Shown here: one piece after another, positions 29,276-39,906 of the stretch
How positions within the stretch are numbered: position 1 is the stretch's first letter
Layout of the letters: each line of letters begins with the position of its first letter
Assembly: GCA_005222975.1 (NCBI GenBank)
Contig: NJBI01000007.1
Location: forward strand, 1 to 64,000
Direction: 5' to 3'
DNA from: Promethearchaeota archaeon Loki_b31
GTDB lineage: Archaea > Asgardarchaeota > Lokiarchaeia > Sigyniarchaeales > SOKP01
Length of the DNA: 64,000 nucleotides
The notes under the pieces: model-generated
The model's input: the letters and a program-made list of their open reading frames with translations, nothing else
Database searches by the model: none
What the model was told of the DNA's origin: nothing
Position numbers and translations under genes: made by a program

Positions 29276-30663
29276 GCGTAATTTATAGAAAAATAAAACA
29301 AATTGTTGGACCTTTAATAATTATAGATAATAGACACGATGTACAATATGGTGAAATCGTTAAAATCCATTCTGATGATGGAAAAGAACGCACAGGTCAA
29401 GTCGTAAAAATGGATGAAAAGATAATAACAATTGAAGTATTTGAAGATACAGCTGGAATTTCTTCAGAAAATTCTACAATTACTTTTACTGAAGATTCTT
29501 TTAAGATAAAAATTTCAAGTGATATGATTGGAAGGGTTTTTAACTCCTTAGGAAAACCTATTGATATTAATACGAAACAAGTGTTAGATTCAGACATTTT
29601 TACCGAAATCGAACGAGATATAAACGGTTTACCAATTAATCCTTTTGCAAGAGAATATCCAACGCAAGTCATCCAAACGGGAATATCGGTAATAGACGGT
29701 CTTTTTACCTTAATAAGAGGACAAAAACTCCCAATATTTAGTGGTCAAGGATTACCCCATAATCTATTAGCTGCTCAAATTGTTACTCAAGCAAAAGTTT
29801 TGACAGAAGAACCATTCTTAATAATTTTTTGTGGAATTGGAATTATCCAAGATGAAGCGATTTTTTTTATGAATCGTTTTAAAGAAAGTGGAAACATACA
29901 AAATATCATTTCTTTTATCAATTTTGCCGACGATCCAATAATGGAAAGACTAATAATTCCGCGAGTAGCATTAACTACTGCTGAATATTTTGCATTTGAA
30001 AAAGATATGCATGTTCTCGTTGTTTTAATAGACATGACAAATTATGCTGAAGCTTTAAGAGAACTAAGCGCCGCCAAAGAAGAAATTCCTAGCAGAAAGG
30101 GGTATCCGGGTTATTTATACACTGATTTCGCATCGCTCTATGAAAGAACTGGTAAAATTAAAGGTAAAAAAGGGACAATAACCCAATTACCGATTTTGAC
30201 GATGCCTAACGACGATATTTCTCATCCAATTCCAGATACAACAGGGTACATAACTGAAGGTCAGTTAGTTCTAAATCGTAACTTGGATAAAAAGGGAATA
30301 TATCCCCCTTTTGAAGTTTTAGCGTCTATATCACGACTTATGAAAGATTCAATAGGTAAAAATACTACTAGGGAAGACCATGCTGATGTTAACTCTCAGC
30401 TATTAGCATCGTATTCAGCTGCACTTGAAGTTAGAGATCTTATATCGATTGTAGGGGAAGATGGATTAAACTTAAATCAAAAAGCGTTACTAAGATTTGG
30501 TAACTTTTTCGAACAAAAATTTTTAAATCAAGGGTACACAGAGGAAAGGGATTTTTCAACGACTCTTAATATTGCATGGCAAGCTTTATCTAATTTGCCC
30601 AAAAATCAATTATTTAGAATACAGGACGATTTTGTAGATAAGTACTACATTGAAGAGGTGTAA
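29272..30663 (+). CDS. atpB: A/V-type ATPase subunit B
   Basis: [37 protein letters not shown] (arginine finger). Confidence 0.95.
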   Translation: MSVIYRKIKQIVGPLIIIDNRHDVQYGEIVKIHSDDGKERTGQVVKMDEKIITIEVFEDTAGISSENSTITFTEDSFKIKISSDMIGRVFNSLGKPIDINTKQVLDSDIFTEIERDINGLPINPFAREYPTQVIQTGISVIDGLFTLIRGQKLPIFSGQGLPHNLLAAQIVTQAKVLTEEPFLIIFCGIGIIQDEAIFFMNRFKESGNIQNIISFINFADDPIMERLIIPRVALTTAEYFAFEKDMHVLVVLIDMTNYAEALRELSAAKEEIPSRKGYPGYLYTDFASLYERTGKIKGKKGTITQLPILTMPNDDISHPIPDTTGYITEGQLVLNRNLDKKGIYPPFEVLASISRLMKDSIGKNTTREDHADVNSQLLASYSAALEVRDLISIVGEDGLNLNQKALLRFGNFFEQKFLNQGYTEERDFSTTLNIAWQALSNLPKNQLFRIQDDFVDKYYIEEV

Positions 30664-30669
30664 GTATCA

Positions 30670-31308
30670 ATTAGTTTTAGAGAGTTTAAGCCCACAAAAA
30701 CAAATTTAATGAGTCTACAGAAAAGGTTAACTTTTGCTGTTAAAGGCGAAAATTTTCTAAAATTTAAATTAGAACAAATAATATTTGAGATAAAAAAAAA
30801 TTGGGGTAATTATTTAAAACAACGTGAAATCTTTTTAAAATTATATAAAGACACTATGATTAAACTTAATCAAACTTATAAAGAAATGGGTAAACGAGAA
30901 TTTAATTCGATTAGTAAATTAAGTAAAATCCAATATAATCCAAAGATTGCTGTAAACTTTATAAAAAGGATTGGAACATTAGTGCCAATAATAGATTATG
31001 AACTGATACGGGAAGAATTGCTTCCAGCTTACTCTTTTGAAAATACATCTCATTATCTTGATGATTTGATTATTCTTTTAATAAAATTTTTTCAAAGCCT
31101 CATAATTGTTGCACAGTCTGAAGACCTATTGTTGAAACTCTCTCAAACTTTTAAAAAAATAAATCGTAGGATAAATGGTCTGAAGAATGTAATAATTCCT
31201 GAACTACAAATAGACATTAAAAAAATTAAAGCTGTATTAGAAGAAATTGAAAGAGAAAATTATGTTCGTTTGAAAAATACAAAAAATTTGATTATAAAAA
31301 ATGCTTAA
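30670..31308 (+). CDS. atpD: A/V-type ATPase subunit D; probable ATT start
   Basis: RRINGLKNVIIP, LEEIERENYVRLK. The conserved N-terminal KPTKTNL lies upstream of the first ATG (30709). Confidence 0.88.
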   Translation: MSFREFKPTKTNLMSLQKRLTFAVKGENFLKFKLEQIIFEIKKNWGNYLKQREIFLKLYKDTMIKLNQTYKEMGKREFNSISKLSKIQYNPKIAVNFIKRIGTLVPIIDYELIREELLPAYSFENTSHYLDDLIILLIKFFQSLIIVAQSEDLLLKLSQTFKKINRRINGLKNVIIPELQIDIKKIKAVLEEIERENYVRLKNTKNLIIKNA

Positions 31309-33612
31309 GTGAGAAAAAAAAAAATGACAAAGAAAAGCTCAATGGAGTTATTTAAGGTAAATATTAATCATAATTACAAGGATCTTCTACTACAACACCT
31401 ATCCCAACTTAATCTAGTTCACATTAAAACGAAACCTGAAATAAGCGACATTATTAAAAAAGATAAAGTTTTATTTGATAGAATTAAGAAATTAAGCCAA
31501 AATTTAGAAACCTTATTCAAAAACCTTAATATTACTGAATCTGACTTCCAAAAATTAATATTTGAAAAAGAAGAGAGAAAAGCATTTGAAGCTAAAGATA
31601 TAGACGATTTGTTAAATCAAATATTGAGTGAAATTAATTTTTATTCAAACCGTGTTAATGAGTTAAAAAAATATATGATCACTATCAAAGTGGAATTGGA
31701 TAAAATAAATTTGATTCATGGAAGTTACATTTTTTTGGAAAAATATGAGTTAACGCGAGATAAATTATCGAAATTTAATCGTTTAGAATTTAAAGCCTTT
31801 ACAACCTTCTCAAAGAACCTCGAAAATATAGAGAATCTTTTTGAATTTTCTCATTTTCCGAATTTTTTTCAGTATGATTTTTTAAGCGATGAAAGAATTG
31901 CCTTTTTCGTTATCTATCCAAAGGAACAAGAAGAGGCATTTAGAGAGAGATTACGTTTCATTCATGCCGAGGAAATACCGATTCTTAAAAAATATTTGCT
32001 CTCAAATGGGATAAACTTTCCTCGTATAGCAGATGAAATTAAGTTTATTGTGACATCTTTAAATAAATATCAAAAGGAATTAGAACGATTAAGAGACGAT
32101 AACATACTTCTATTTGCTGCTACGAATGAGATCACGCAAAATATAGAAGAATATGATTGGGCTTCGCATCAATTCGAAGAATTATCTTTAAATCGATTAA
32201 GTTTGAGTTTTTACGTTCCACAAGAAAAAAAACAAGAAATACAAAAGGGGTTGATTGAAAAGTTCCAAGATCAAATAACGATTGAATCAATCGCTATTAC
32301 AAAAAATAAATCTGTTAGCCTAAAAGAAGATAAAAACCATATACATTCAGGAAAATTACCAGATTCCAAAAGAAAAGATTCTTCATTAAAGGAAGAACCG
32401 ACGAATAATAATAAGGAAATTAAAAAGGATTTAAGAAGTACAGCTCCTACAATTATGAAGAATAATTTCTTTGTAAGGCCCTTTGAAACTATTACTAAAA
32501 TGTACGGTGTTCCTGCTTATTCAGAAATTGATCCCACTCCCTTTTTGGCAATAACATTTCCACTTTTGTTTGGATTGATGTTTGGGGATATAGGGCACGG
32601 AATAATATTAATTATCTCAGGTTTGATTGGAGTATTTGTCTTTAGGAACAAAAAAAGTACAGATTTTATAAATTTTTGCTGGATCATTTTGTATTGTGGA
32701 ATCGGTTCTATACTAGTTGGGATTTTATATGGCGAATTTTTTGGGATGCATAACATTGAATTATTTGGAATGGTTTTTTTACACTTAGAACCTGTTACCA
32801 TTCCAATATTTAATATTACTTTACACAATCCATTAAATAATATAATGGTCGTTTTTAAGTTTGCTATATTAATTGGAGTAATACATATTAATTTGGGCTG
32901 GTTCATACAATTTTTGAATTATTGGAAACAGCATAGAAAATATTTAGGTTTTACTGACTCTTTAATTAAAATATGGTTATTAACTGGAGGAACTATTTTA
33001 ATTTTTACTTTTGGTTTTGATATCTATAGATGGATGGAACCTCCTTACCCAATTTTGTTGCCCTTGCTCCCAGGTATATTATTAATACTCTTAAAACCTT
33101 TTGGGAAACTTTTCCATGTTTCTTATTTGAAAGAAGAGACAATTGGAGGTCTTATAGGGGAAGGTACAATGGAGTCATTTGAAACATTATTGTCGATAAT
33201 GAGCAATGTAGCATCTTATATAAGATTACTAGCGTTAGCTTTAGCACATATCTCTTTAATGGTCGCAATTATATCAATGGGGAATTTATTTCAAGGTGAT
33301 GGGATTATTAACGAGATAATTAATATAATAGTATTGATATTTGGTAATATGTTTGTTATTTTACTAGAAGGATTACTTGTTTTTATAAATACCATCAGGC
33401 TCCATTTTTATGAATTTTTCTTCAAATTCTATCAAGGAACTGGAGTTACATATATTCCTTTTTATTTAGACGATAAATATTCTATTATTTCCTTTAAATT
33501 ATACGCCATAAAAGATGTTATTTCCGAAGAAATAGATAAAGAGATTGAATCGAAGAAAGCCCATGAGGATATAATTAAGGCAGAAAAATATATTTCTAAA
33601 AAATATTTATAA
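31309..33612 (+). CDS. atpI: A/V-type ATPase subunit I (a)
   Basis: YGVPAYSEIDPT, FGLMFGDIGHG, SYIRLLALAL (essential Arg), IRLHFYEFF. Confidence 0.95.
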   Translation: MRKKKMTKKSSMELFKVNINHNYKDLLLQHLSQLNLVHIKTKPEISDIIKKDKVLFDRIKKLSQNLETLFKNLNITESDFQKLIFEKEERKAFEAKDIDDLLNQILSEINFYSNRVNELKKYMITIKVELDKINLIHGSYIFLEKYELTRDKLSKFNRLEFKAFTTFSKNLENIENLFEFSHFPNFFQYDFLSDERIAFFVIYPKEQEEAFRERLRFIHAEEIPILKKYLLSNGINFPRIADEIKFIVTSLNKYQKELERLRDDNILLFAATNEITQNIEEYDWASHQFEELSLNRLSLSFYVPQEKKQEIQKGLIEKFQDQITIESIAITKNKSVSLKEDKNHIHSGKLPDSKRKDSSLKEEPTNNNKEIKKDLRSTAPTIMKNNFFVRPFETITKMYGVPAYSEIDPTPFLAITFPLLFGLMFGDIGHGIILIISGLIGVFVFRNKKSTDFINFCWIILYCGIGSILVGILYGEFFGMHNIELFGMVFLHLEPVTIPIFNITLHNPLNNIMVVFKFAILIGVIHINLGWFIQFLNYWKQHRKYLGFTDSLIKIWLLTGGTILIFTFGFDIYRWMEPPYPILLPLLPGILLILLKPFGKLFHVSYLKEETIGGLIGEGTMESFETLLSIMSNVASYIRLLALALAHISLMVAIISMGNLFQGDGIINEIINIIVLIFGNMFVILLEGLLVFINTIRLHFYEFFFKFYQGTGVTYIPFYLDDKYSIISFKLYAIKDVISEEIDKEIESKKAHEDIIKAEKYISKKYL

Positions 33613-33631
33613 AGTAGATTTATTGTAAAAT

Positions 33632-34159
33632 ATGAAAACCGAAAATAAGAAAGAAAGCTCATCCAAGAAAAATAATTTTCTCAAAATATTACTACTAATT
33701 ATTTATCTAATTGTTTTAATCTTTTTATATATTATATTGATGGAATTTGGAATAAATCCACTTCTTATTATTTTAATACTAGGATTCGTGTTGTTGCTGT
33801 TTGTAGGATCCTTATTTAGGAAAAAAAAGCAAAAATCAATTTATTCGAAAATGTTTCCTGATAAAAAAAAAAGAAGAAGTCAAGATTTTCATCGAAAATT
33901 AGAATTGAAGATAGAAAGGACACCTGAGAAACCAGCTCAAAAAGATTTTAAAGAAGTGAATCTAAACTTTAAGTATCGCAAATCCCTTATTAATAAATGC
34001 GAAAATTGCGGGATGATCATAACAAGCTACAGTAAAAATTGCCCTACATGTGGTCAAGCACTTGGAATGAAAGAAATTGTTAAGAAATGTAAAAATTGCG
34101 GAATGTTAATTACAAAGTCTGTGAAAGTATGTCCAATTTGTAGAAAGCGAACAATATAA
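33632..34159 (+). CDS. Membrane protein with two transmembrane helices and a double zinc ribbon
   Basis: Two hydrophobic helices; CENCG..CPTCG and CKNCG..CPIC. Confidence 0.75.
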   Translation: MKTENKKESSSKKNNFLKILLLIIYLIVLIFLYIILMEFGINPLLIILILGFVLLLFVGSLFRKKKQKSIYSKMFPDKKKRRSQDFHRKLELKIERTPEKPAQKDFKEVNLNFKYRKSLINKCENCGMIITSYSKNCPTCGQALGMKEIVKKCKNCGMLITKSVKVCPICRKRTI

Positions 34160-34201
34160 TAAAAAACAAAATGTTAACTTACATGGTAGGATTAGTAAAA
34201 A

Positions 34202-36031
34202 ATGGTCACAGAAACAAATAATTCTAATTTGGGTTTTATATCTGCTGTTAATGGATCATTAGTGGAGGTTAAAGGATTAGAAAATCAGGTTCGGCTTCAT
34301 GATTTAATTAAGATTAGTAACTATAACATTATTTGTCAGGTAATTCAAATCTACTCGGATCATGTAATAGCCCAATCTTTTGAAAGTACTAATAGTATAA
34401 AATTAAACGATAAAGCAATTAATCTTAACGAACCTTTATCGATGGAGTTAGCACCAGGTTTATTAGCAAATGTTTTTGATGGAATTCAGAGACCTTTAGA
34501 TCTTACTTTCAGCCACTTTAAAGAAGGAAGATTAAGAAGAGGCCTTGAATTTCCTTCTTTATCAAGGACAAAAAAATGGCATTTTATTCCATCGAGAAAA
34601 ATAAATGGTTCTTTAAGTACTGGAGATGAAATTGGGACCGTTCAAGAAACATCCTTTTTTAAACATAAAATAATGATTCCTCCTGAAAATTCTGGTATTT
34701 TATCGTTTATTGTTGACGAAGGTGATTATACAATTATCGATGAGATATATACCTTAAGAAAGGAGAATGTAGATAAATCTTTTAGTATGTTACAAAAATG
34801 GCCAGTCACTATGAGCAAACCTTATAGCGAAAAAAATCAACCTAGCGAACCTTTACTAACTGGCTTGCGTATTGTAGATCTATTGTTTCCTGTAGCAAAA
34901 GGTGGTACTTTTGCGGTTCCAGGAGGGTTTGGAACTGGTAAAACAATTATTTCACAACATATAGCTAAATTTTGTAACGCAGATGTCGTTCTATATATAG
35001 GATGCGGGGAGCCTGGCAATGAGATTGCAAATTTTCTAAAACAATTCGCGGAAACTATTGATCCTAAAACGGGAAGACCTTTATTAGAACATATTGTTCT
35101 TATTGCCAACACTTCAAATATGCCCGTGTCTGCTCGCGAAGCAAGTCTTTTTTCAGGTATTACAATCGCAGAATATTATAGAGATATGGGGTACGATGTT
35201 GCCGTTGTAGCAGATAGTATTTCAAGATGGGCAGAATCTTTAAGAGAGATTTCAGGGCTATTAGAGGAAATGCCTGCTGAAGAAGGTTATCCTGCGTATT
35301 TGCCATCGAAACTATCAAGTTTTTTTGAGCGAGCTGGTGTTATTACAACTTTAGGATGTGATGCTTATGGTAGAAAAAAAAAAGGATCCATAACAATCAT
35401 AGGATCGATATCTCCACCAGCGGGAGATTTTAGCGAACCGGTTACCGCAGCTACTAAACGTGTTGTTCAGGGGATTTGGGCTTTAGATCCTAAATTAGCA
35501 TATCTAAAACATTATCCTGCAATTAGTTGGATCAGTTCATACTCCAATTATCCTGAGTATGTAGCAGAATGGTGGCGCGAGAGAGACATTGTTTGGCCTG
35601 AGATAAATTTAAACTGGTTTGAGTGTAGAAAACAAGTAAATGAGATTTTAGCAAAAGAAAACGAGTTGAAATATCTTATCCAGCTACTAGGACTAAAAAA
35701 TTTAGCTGAAGATCAAAGGTTAGAAATTTTTACGGCAAATCTAATAAGAAATGCAATTTTAATTCAAAATGCTTTCAACGTAGTAGATAGTTATACGAGT
35801 AGTAGAAAATTGTTAGGGTTAGTAAAGGTAATACTTTTATTATATAATAAAAGTAGATCACTCGTAAAACGAGGTTTTCTAATTGATGAGAAGAAGTGCG
35901 ATGAAGTTCTCATTGAGGTTATGAAAATTAGTCATTATGTTCCTAATGAAAATTTTGAACAAATTGAAGAGCTAAGGGATAAAATTAATAATGAATCTTT
36001 AGGTTTAGTTTTTAATGTTCATCGAAGATAG
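34202..36031 (+). CDS. atpA: Second A/V-type ATPase subunit A paralogue with GER-to-GEP substitution
   Basis: Full-length paralogue of 27434..29275; Walker A intact; GCGEPGNE instead of GCGERGNE. Confidence 0.9.
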   Translation: MVTETNNSNLGFISAVNGSLVEVKGLENQVRLHDLIKISNYNIICQVIQIYSDHVIAQSFESTNSIKLNDKAINLNEPLSMELAPGLLANVFDGIQRPLDLTFSHFKEGRLRRGLEFPSLSRTKKWHFIPSRKINGSLSTGDEIGTVQETSFFKHKIMIPPENSGILSFIVDEGDYTIIDEIYTLRKENVDKSFSMLQKWPVTMSKPYSEKNQPSEPLLTGLRIVDLLFPVAKGGTFAVPGGFGTGKTIISQHIAKFCNADVVLYIGCGEPGNEIANFLKQFAETIDPKTGRPLLEHIVLIANTSNMPVSAREASLFSGITIAEYYRDMGYDVAVVADSISRWAESLREISGLLEEMPAEEGYPAYLPSKLSSFFERAGVITTLGCDAYGRKKKGSITIIGSISPPAGDFSEPVTAATKRVVQGIWALDPKLAYLKHYPAISWISSYSNYPEYVAEWWRERDIVWPEINLNWFECRKQVNEILAKENELKYLIQLLGLKNLAEDQRLEIFTANLIRNAILIQNAFNVVDSYTSSRKLLGLVKVILLLYNKSRSLVKRGFLIDEKKCDEVLIEVMKISHYVPNENFEQIEELRDKINNESLGLVFNVHRR

Positions 36032-36067
36032 TAAACCTATCATCAATTTTTAAGGTTTATCTGCGTC

Positions 36068-36670
36068 TCAGGGTTTGAACCATTCAAAGAAGTAATAACT
36101 CATTGTTAGTGGATTGGCGATTACAAATTTCTTCCTTACAGAGGTCGCTAACCTTCCAGCTCGAACCATATCAATCGCAGTTATTTTTGCATCATGAGGT
36201 AATACATGAGCAATAAATGCTGAATGCTCTAACCCCGGTCCTTTTTTATACACTACAAAATCAGCGCCAAATTTTAGCCCTGGACGAGGAATGTATCCCT
36301 TTTTCCTTAAATCTTGATAAATAATATATTTTTCTTCAAATTTATGATGTATTTTTTTTCCTATTTCGTGAAATTCTTTGGGAGAAAGGTACTTATCGCT
36401 CTTAGCGTCAAATATAGTAATTTTTTCTTTTTCTAACAAGTAAAGTGCTTCAATTAGGGATAATTCCGATGGTTTAGAGAAATATTCTAAACGGGGTTTA
36501 CTAATCCCGAGAGGAGACCCAAAAAACTTTTGTTTAACGTACAAATAGGAAGCAAACAAAGGATTAAACACAATTACGCGATTATTAATAAATTTAGTTG
36601 GAATCTTTTCTGGGATATCGTCGTCGTTTATATCCTCTAGCGAAATGGGAGGCTCTTTTTCTTTACTCAT
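36068..36670 (-). CDS. endA: tRNA-intron endonuclease (splicing endonuclease catalytic subunit)
   Basis: LSLIEALYL, YQDLRKKGY, GLKFGADFVVY, EHS, RLATSVRKK (Y/H/K catalytic triad). Confidence 0.93.
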   Translation of the reverse strand: MSKEKEPPISLEDINDDDIPEKIPTKFINNRVIVFNPLFASYLYVKQKFFGSPLGISKPRLEYFSKPSELSLIEALYLLEKEKITIFDAKSDKYLSPKEFHEIGKKIHHKFEEKYIIYQDLRKKGYIPRPGLKFGADFVVYKKGPGLEHSAFIAHVLPHDAKITAIDMVRAGRLATSVRKKFVIANPLTMSYYFFEWFKP

Positions 36671-36795
36671 CTAATTAGATGTATAACCGATAATTTAATA
36701 ATTCTTCCAATTTAACGAACAATAGATATAATTATATAAATTTTTAAAACAATTGTTTTAATAGAATAATTTAAATCATTCAATCAAAATTAAAT

Positions 36796-37704
36796 TTGGT
36801 ATTAAGAGAATCTTCTGCCGCGGGAATTTATTATCCACGATCCAAATCGGATTTAATTAAAATGTTAGAAGAATCCTTTTTAGATAAAGAATTTGGACCA
36901 AGTGAAAAATTCGACTCTTTAAACCAAAAAACAAGAACAATATTTGGTGGATTATCTCCACACGGGGGTTATGTTTATTCTGGTAGCTGTGCGGCGCATA
37001 CATATTTACATTTGTTTAAGGAAAAAATCCCCGATACTGTTGTAATATTAGCCACTGAAGATTTAGGATATAACAACATTGCTTTATTAGAAGTAGGCGA
37101 ATGGGAAACTCCGTTAGGTAACCTAGAGGTTGATAGTGATTTGTCTCAAAAATTGCTAAAAACGAGTAGCATGGTTAAAGGAGATGATTCTGCTTTTGTT
37201 GGATTTCCCTTTGGAAGAGAGTATTATATTGATGTACAATTGCCGTTTATTAAATATTGTGCGTTAAAGAGAGAGATAAAAATCTTGCCAATTATTATTT
37301 CTATAATGGATTATGATAAATTAGATAAATTATCCAAAGATATCGCGAGAGTAGTCCAATCCTTAAACAAAGATATAGTATTTATAGGTTCTACAGATAT
37401 GAGTCATATTATTTGTAAAGATGAATTTACTGCTGGATTTAAAGTGCAAGAAATGCTCTTAGCAGATAAATCTGTAATCAAATCGTTTACAAAATTTAAC
37501 CCAAAGAAGACTTTTTTTGATGCGTCAAGATTTTCTATAAAAGGGCCACAAATTCTTACCACATTAATGCTAATATGTAAAAGGATGGGTGCAAACGAAT
37601 GTAGAGCATTAAATTATTACACTAGTTATGACAAGGGTGGAGGATCTGGTCCATGTAAATATAATGCAGGATATTTTTCGGGGATAATTATAAAAGATAT
37701 TTAA
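36796..37704 (+). CDS. MEMO1/AmmeMemoRadiSam protein B paralogue with degenerate metal site
   Basis: AGIYYP, SPHGGYVYSG, WETPLG, STDMSH retained; GxxH, EH and CG motifs are replaced. Confidence 0.8.
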   Translation: MVLRESSAAGIYYPRSKSDLIKMLEESFLDKEFGPSEKFDSLNQKTRTIFGGLSPHGGYVYSGSCAAHTYLHLFKEKIPDTVVILATEDLGYNNIALLEVGEWETPLGNLEVDSDLSQKLLKTSSMVKGDDSAFVGFPFGREYYIDVQLPFIKYCALKREIKILPIIISIMDYDKLDKLSKDIARVVQSLNKDIVFIGSTDMSHIICKDEFTAGFKVQEMLLADKSVIKSFTKFNPKKTFFDASRFSIKGPQILTTLMLICKRMGANECRALNYYTSYDKGGGSGPCKYNAGYFSGIIIKDI

Positions 37705-37735
37705 TAGAAAAATAACAATAATTATTTAGAAGAAG

Positions 37736-38626
37736 GTGACAAAATTGGTTATAAGAAAAGCATCACATGCGGGAAGTTGGTACCCTGGTAAAAAAGAGGA
37801 TTTAATAAAAAACCTAGAATATGCTTTTTCTGAAAAAGAGTTTGGGCCAGGAAAATTACCTGAAACGCTAAATCAAGATAGTAGGAATATTATTGGAGGT
37901 GTATCTCCTCATGCGGGATATACTTTTTCTGGAAGATGTGCTGCCTTTACGTATTTAAACTTATTTAAAGAAAGAATCCCGGATACAGTTATCGTATTAG
38001 GGACTGATCATGTTGGCTATGGAAAGGTGGCCCTATTAGGAGATGGAGCTTGGGAAACGCCTTTAGGAAACTTACAAATTGACGATGAATTATCTAAAAA
38101 GATTTTAGATACAAGTGAAATTATTGTTGAAGATCGTTCTGCCTTCACCGGCTTCATGGAACAAGAACACAATATTGAAATACAATTACCTTTCATTAAA
38201 TATTGTGCTAAAGATAAAGATGTAAAAATAGTAACACTAAAAATAGGAATTAGAAGGGATTATAGCGTATTTGAAAAAATAGCATCTGATATTTCTGCAG
38301 CAATTAAGGCGTTAAATAAAGATATTGTTCTTGTAGCATCGTCTGATATGTCACATAAAGAGGTTTTTGATAAAAATCAATTAAGTGAGTTTAAGAAATT
38401 TGATCAAGATGTTATTGATGCTTTTGTAGAATTTAATCCTAAAAAAACTCTTTCAGCTGCTTCAAAAACAACCGTATGCGGAGCCCAAACAATAACGACT
38501 TTAATGTTAATTTGTGAAAAATTAAACGCAACTAAAGGTGAATTGTTAAAATATTATACTAGTAGCGATATTAGGGGAGGATATGGATATTGTGTTGGTT
38601 ATTTTTCGGGGATTATAGTAAAATAA
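37736..38626 (+). CDS. amrB: MEMO1/AmmeMemoRadiSam system protein B
   Basis: HAGSWYP, SPHAGY, GTDH, EHNIEIQLPF, SSDMSH, VCG, VGYFS. Confidence 0.9.
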   Translation: MTKLVIRKASHAGSWYPGKKEDLIKNLEYAFSEKEFGPGKLPETLNQDSRNIIGGVSPHAGYTFSGRCAAFTYLNLFKERIPDTVIVLGTDHVGYGKVALLGDGAWETPLGNLQIDDELSKKILDTSEIIVEDRSAFTGFMEQEHNIEIQLPFIKYCAKDKDVKIVTLKIGIRRDYSVFEKIASDISAAIKALNKDIVLVASSDMSHKEVFDKNQLSEFKKFDQDVIDAFVEFNPKKTLSAASKTTVCGAQTITTLMLICEKLNATKGELLKYYTSSDIRGGYGYCVGYFSGIIVK

Positions 38627-38662
38627 TATAAAAATAAAAAAACTAAAATTGAAGAAAAAATT

Positions 38663-39784
38663 TTGAGAAATATGTCAGAGGAAAACGAGGAGAAAGTTGA
38701 AGACTTCATCTCTCTTTGGAAAAAAAAACACACAACAGAAAATCAATCTTCTGTAATTGGAGAGTCACTAAAAAAAATTGAATCATTACAAAAAGAAAAC
38801 GAAGATTTAAGAAAAAAAATTGCTGCTAATATTAATTTGATAACCCGGTCTGAGGAAATCCTTAAAAATGTTGTTGCTGAAAAAGAAAAATTAAAAGTAG
38901 AGAAAGAAGAGGCGGTAACTGAAATAAGCATAAAAGTGAACGAATTAAAGGTCGAAAATTCAGAGCTTAGTAGTAAAGTAAAAAGTATGATAAAACTCTT
39001 GCTAGAAAAGGACGAAGAAATTAAAGCCAAAGATAGTCTAATATCTGATCTGCAAAAAACGAGAATTTCTACTTCAGTACCAACAACTCCAGTAAATAAC
39101 GCGTTGGTTGAGGAGCTGCAATCTGATTTAAATAAAAGAAAATCTAATGTAACAAATCTAGAGTCAAAAATTTTATTATTATCGGAAGAGATTAACTCCC
39201 TAAATAGACAATTAATTGAAAAAATGAAAGGCGAGCCTGTAGATTTCGTAATTCAAGCAGAACCTCCTAAACCTCCAGAACCTCCCGTTATCAAACCACT
39301 CCCTCCTGAACCGTCGTTAAAGCCGCTTGAAGCATTATGTAAAGATCTGCAATCTGATTTAACCAAATATAAACGAGTGATTGAAAAATTAACCAAAGAG
39401 AAATCGCAACTTAAGAATGCTTTAGAAGAAAAAGGATTCCAATTTAGCTCTCAAGATTTGGAATCATTGAAAGAAGAAAATGTATCCCTTAAAAAAGATC
39501 TTGAAAAATTACAAAGTTCTCTTGTGGTTGAGAGAATAGAAGCAACGCAGGTTGCCACCCAAAAAGTCGAACAAAAAATAAAAGACCTTGAAAGTAAAAT
39601 ACAAGAAAGGGAAGCTATAATAGTAGACTTAAAGTTATCACAAATGGCCCCAACTACGGTTTCTGCTGGTTCAATGACAGAATTAGTCGAAAATCTACAG
39701 AAAAATATAAACAAATTAAAATCAATTATTACTGAGAAAGATATAATAATTTCAGAATTAAATAAACAAGTTAATCAAATGTAG
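38663..39784 (+). CDS. Long coiled-coil protein with central Pro-rich segment
   Basis: Heptad repeats; EPPKPPEPPVIKPLPPEP; repeated LQSDL.K motif. Confidence 0.75.
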   Translation: MRNMSEENEEKVEDFISLWKKKHTTENQSSVIGESLKKIESLQKENEDLRKKIAANINLITRSEEILKNVVAEKEKLKVEKEEAVTEISIKVNELKVENSELSSKVKSMIKLLLEKDEEIKAKDSLISDLQKTRISTSVPTTPVNNALVEELQSDLNKRKSNVTNLESKILLLSEEINSLNRQLIEKMKGEPVDFVIQAEPPKPPEPPVIKPLPPEPSLKPLEALCKDLQSDLTKYKRVIEKLTKEKSQLKNALEEKGFQFSSQDLESLKEENVSLKKDLEKLQSSLVVERIEATQVATQKVEQKIKDLESKIQEREAIIVDLKLSQMAPTTVSAGSMTELVENLQKNINKLKSIITEKDIIISELNKQVNQM

Positions 39785-39906
39785 TTAATTGATTTTTTGC
39801 AAATTTATTAAGTCTTGTCTCATTTTTAAGAATGAAGTTCTTTCTTAAATAGATTTTATTTTAAACCATAACCAAAAGTTTCAAATATTATAATTAAGTA
39901 AGTTCT

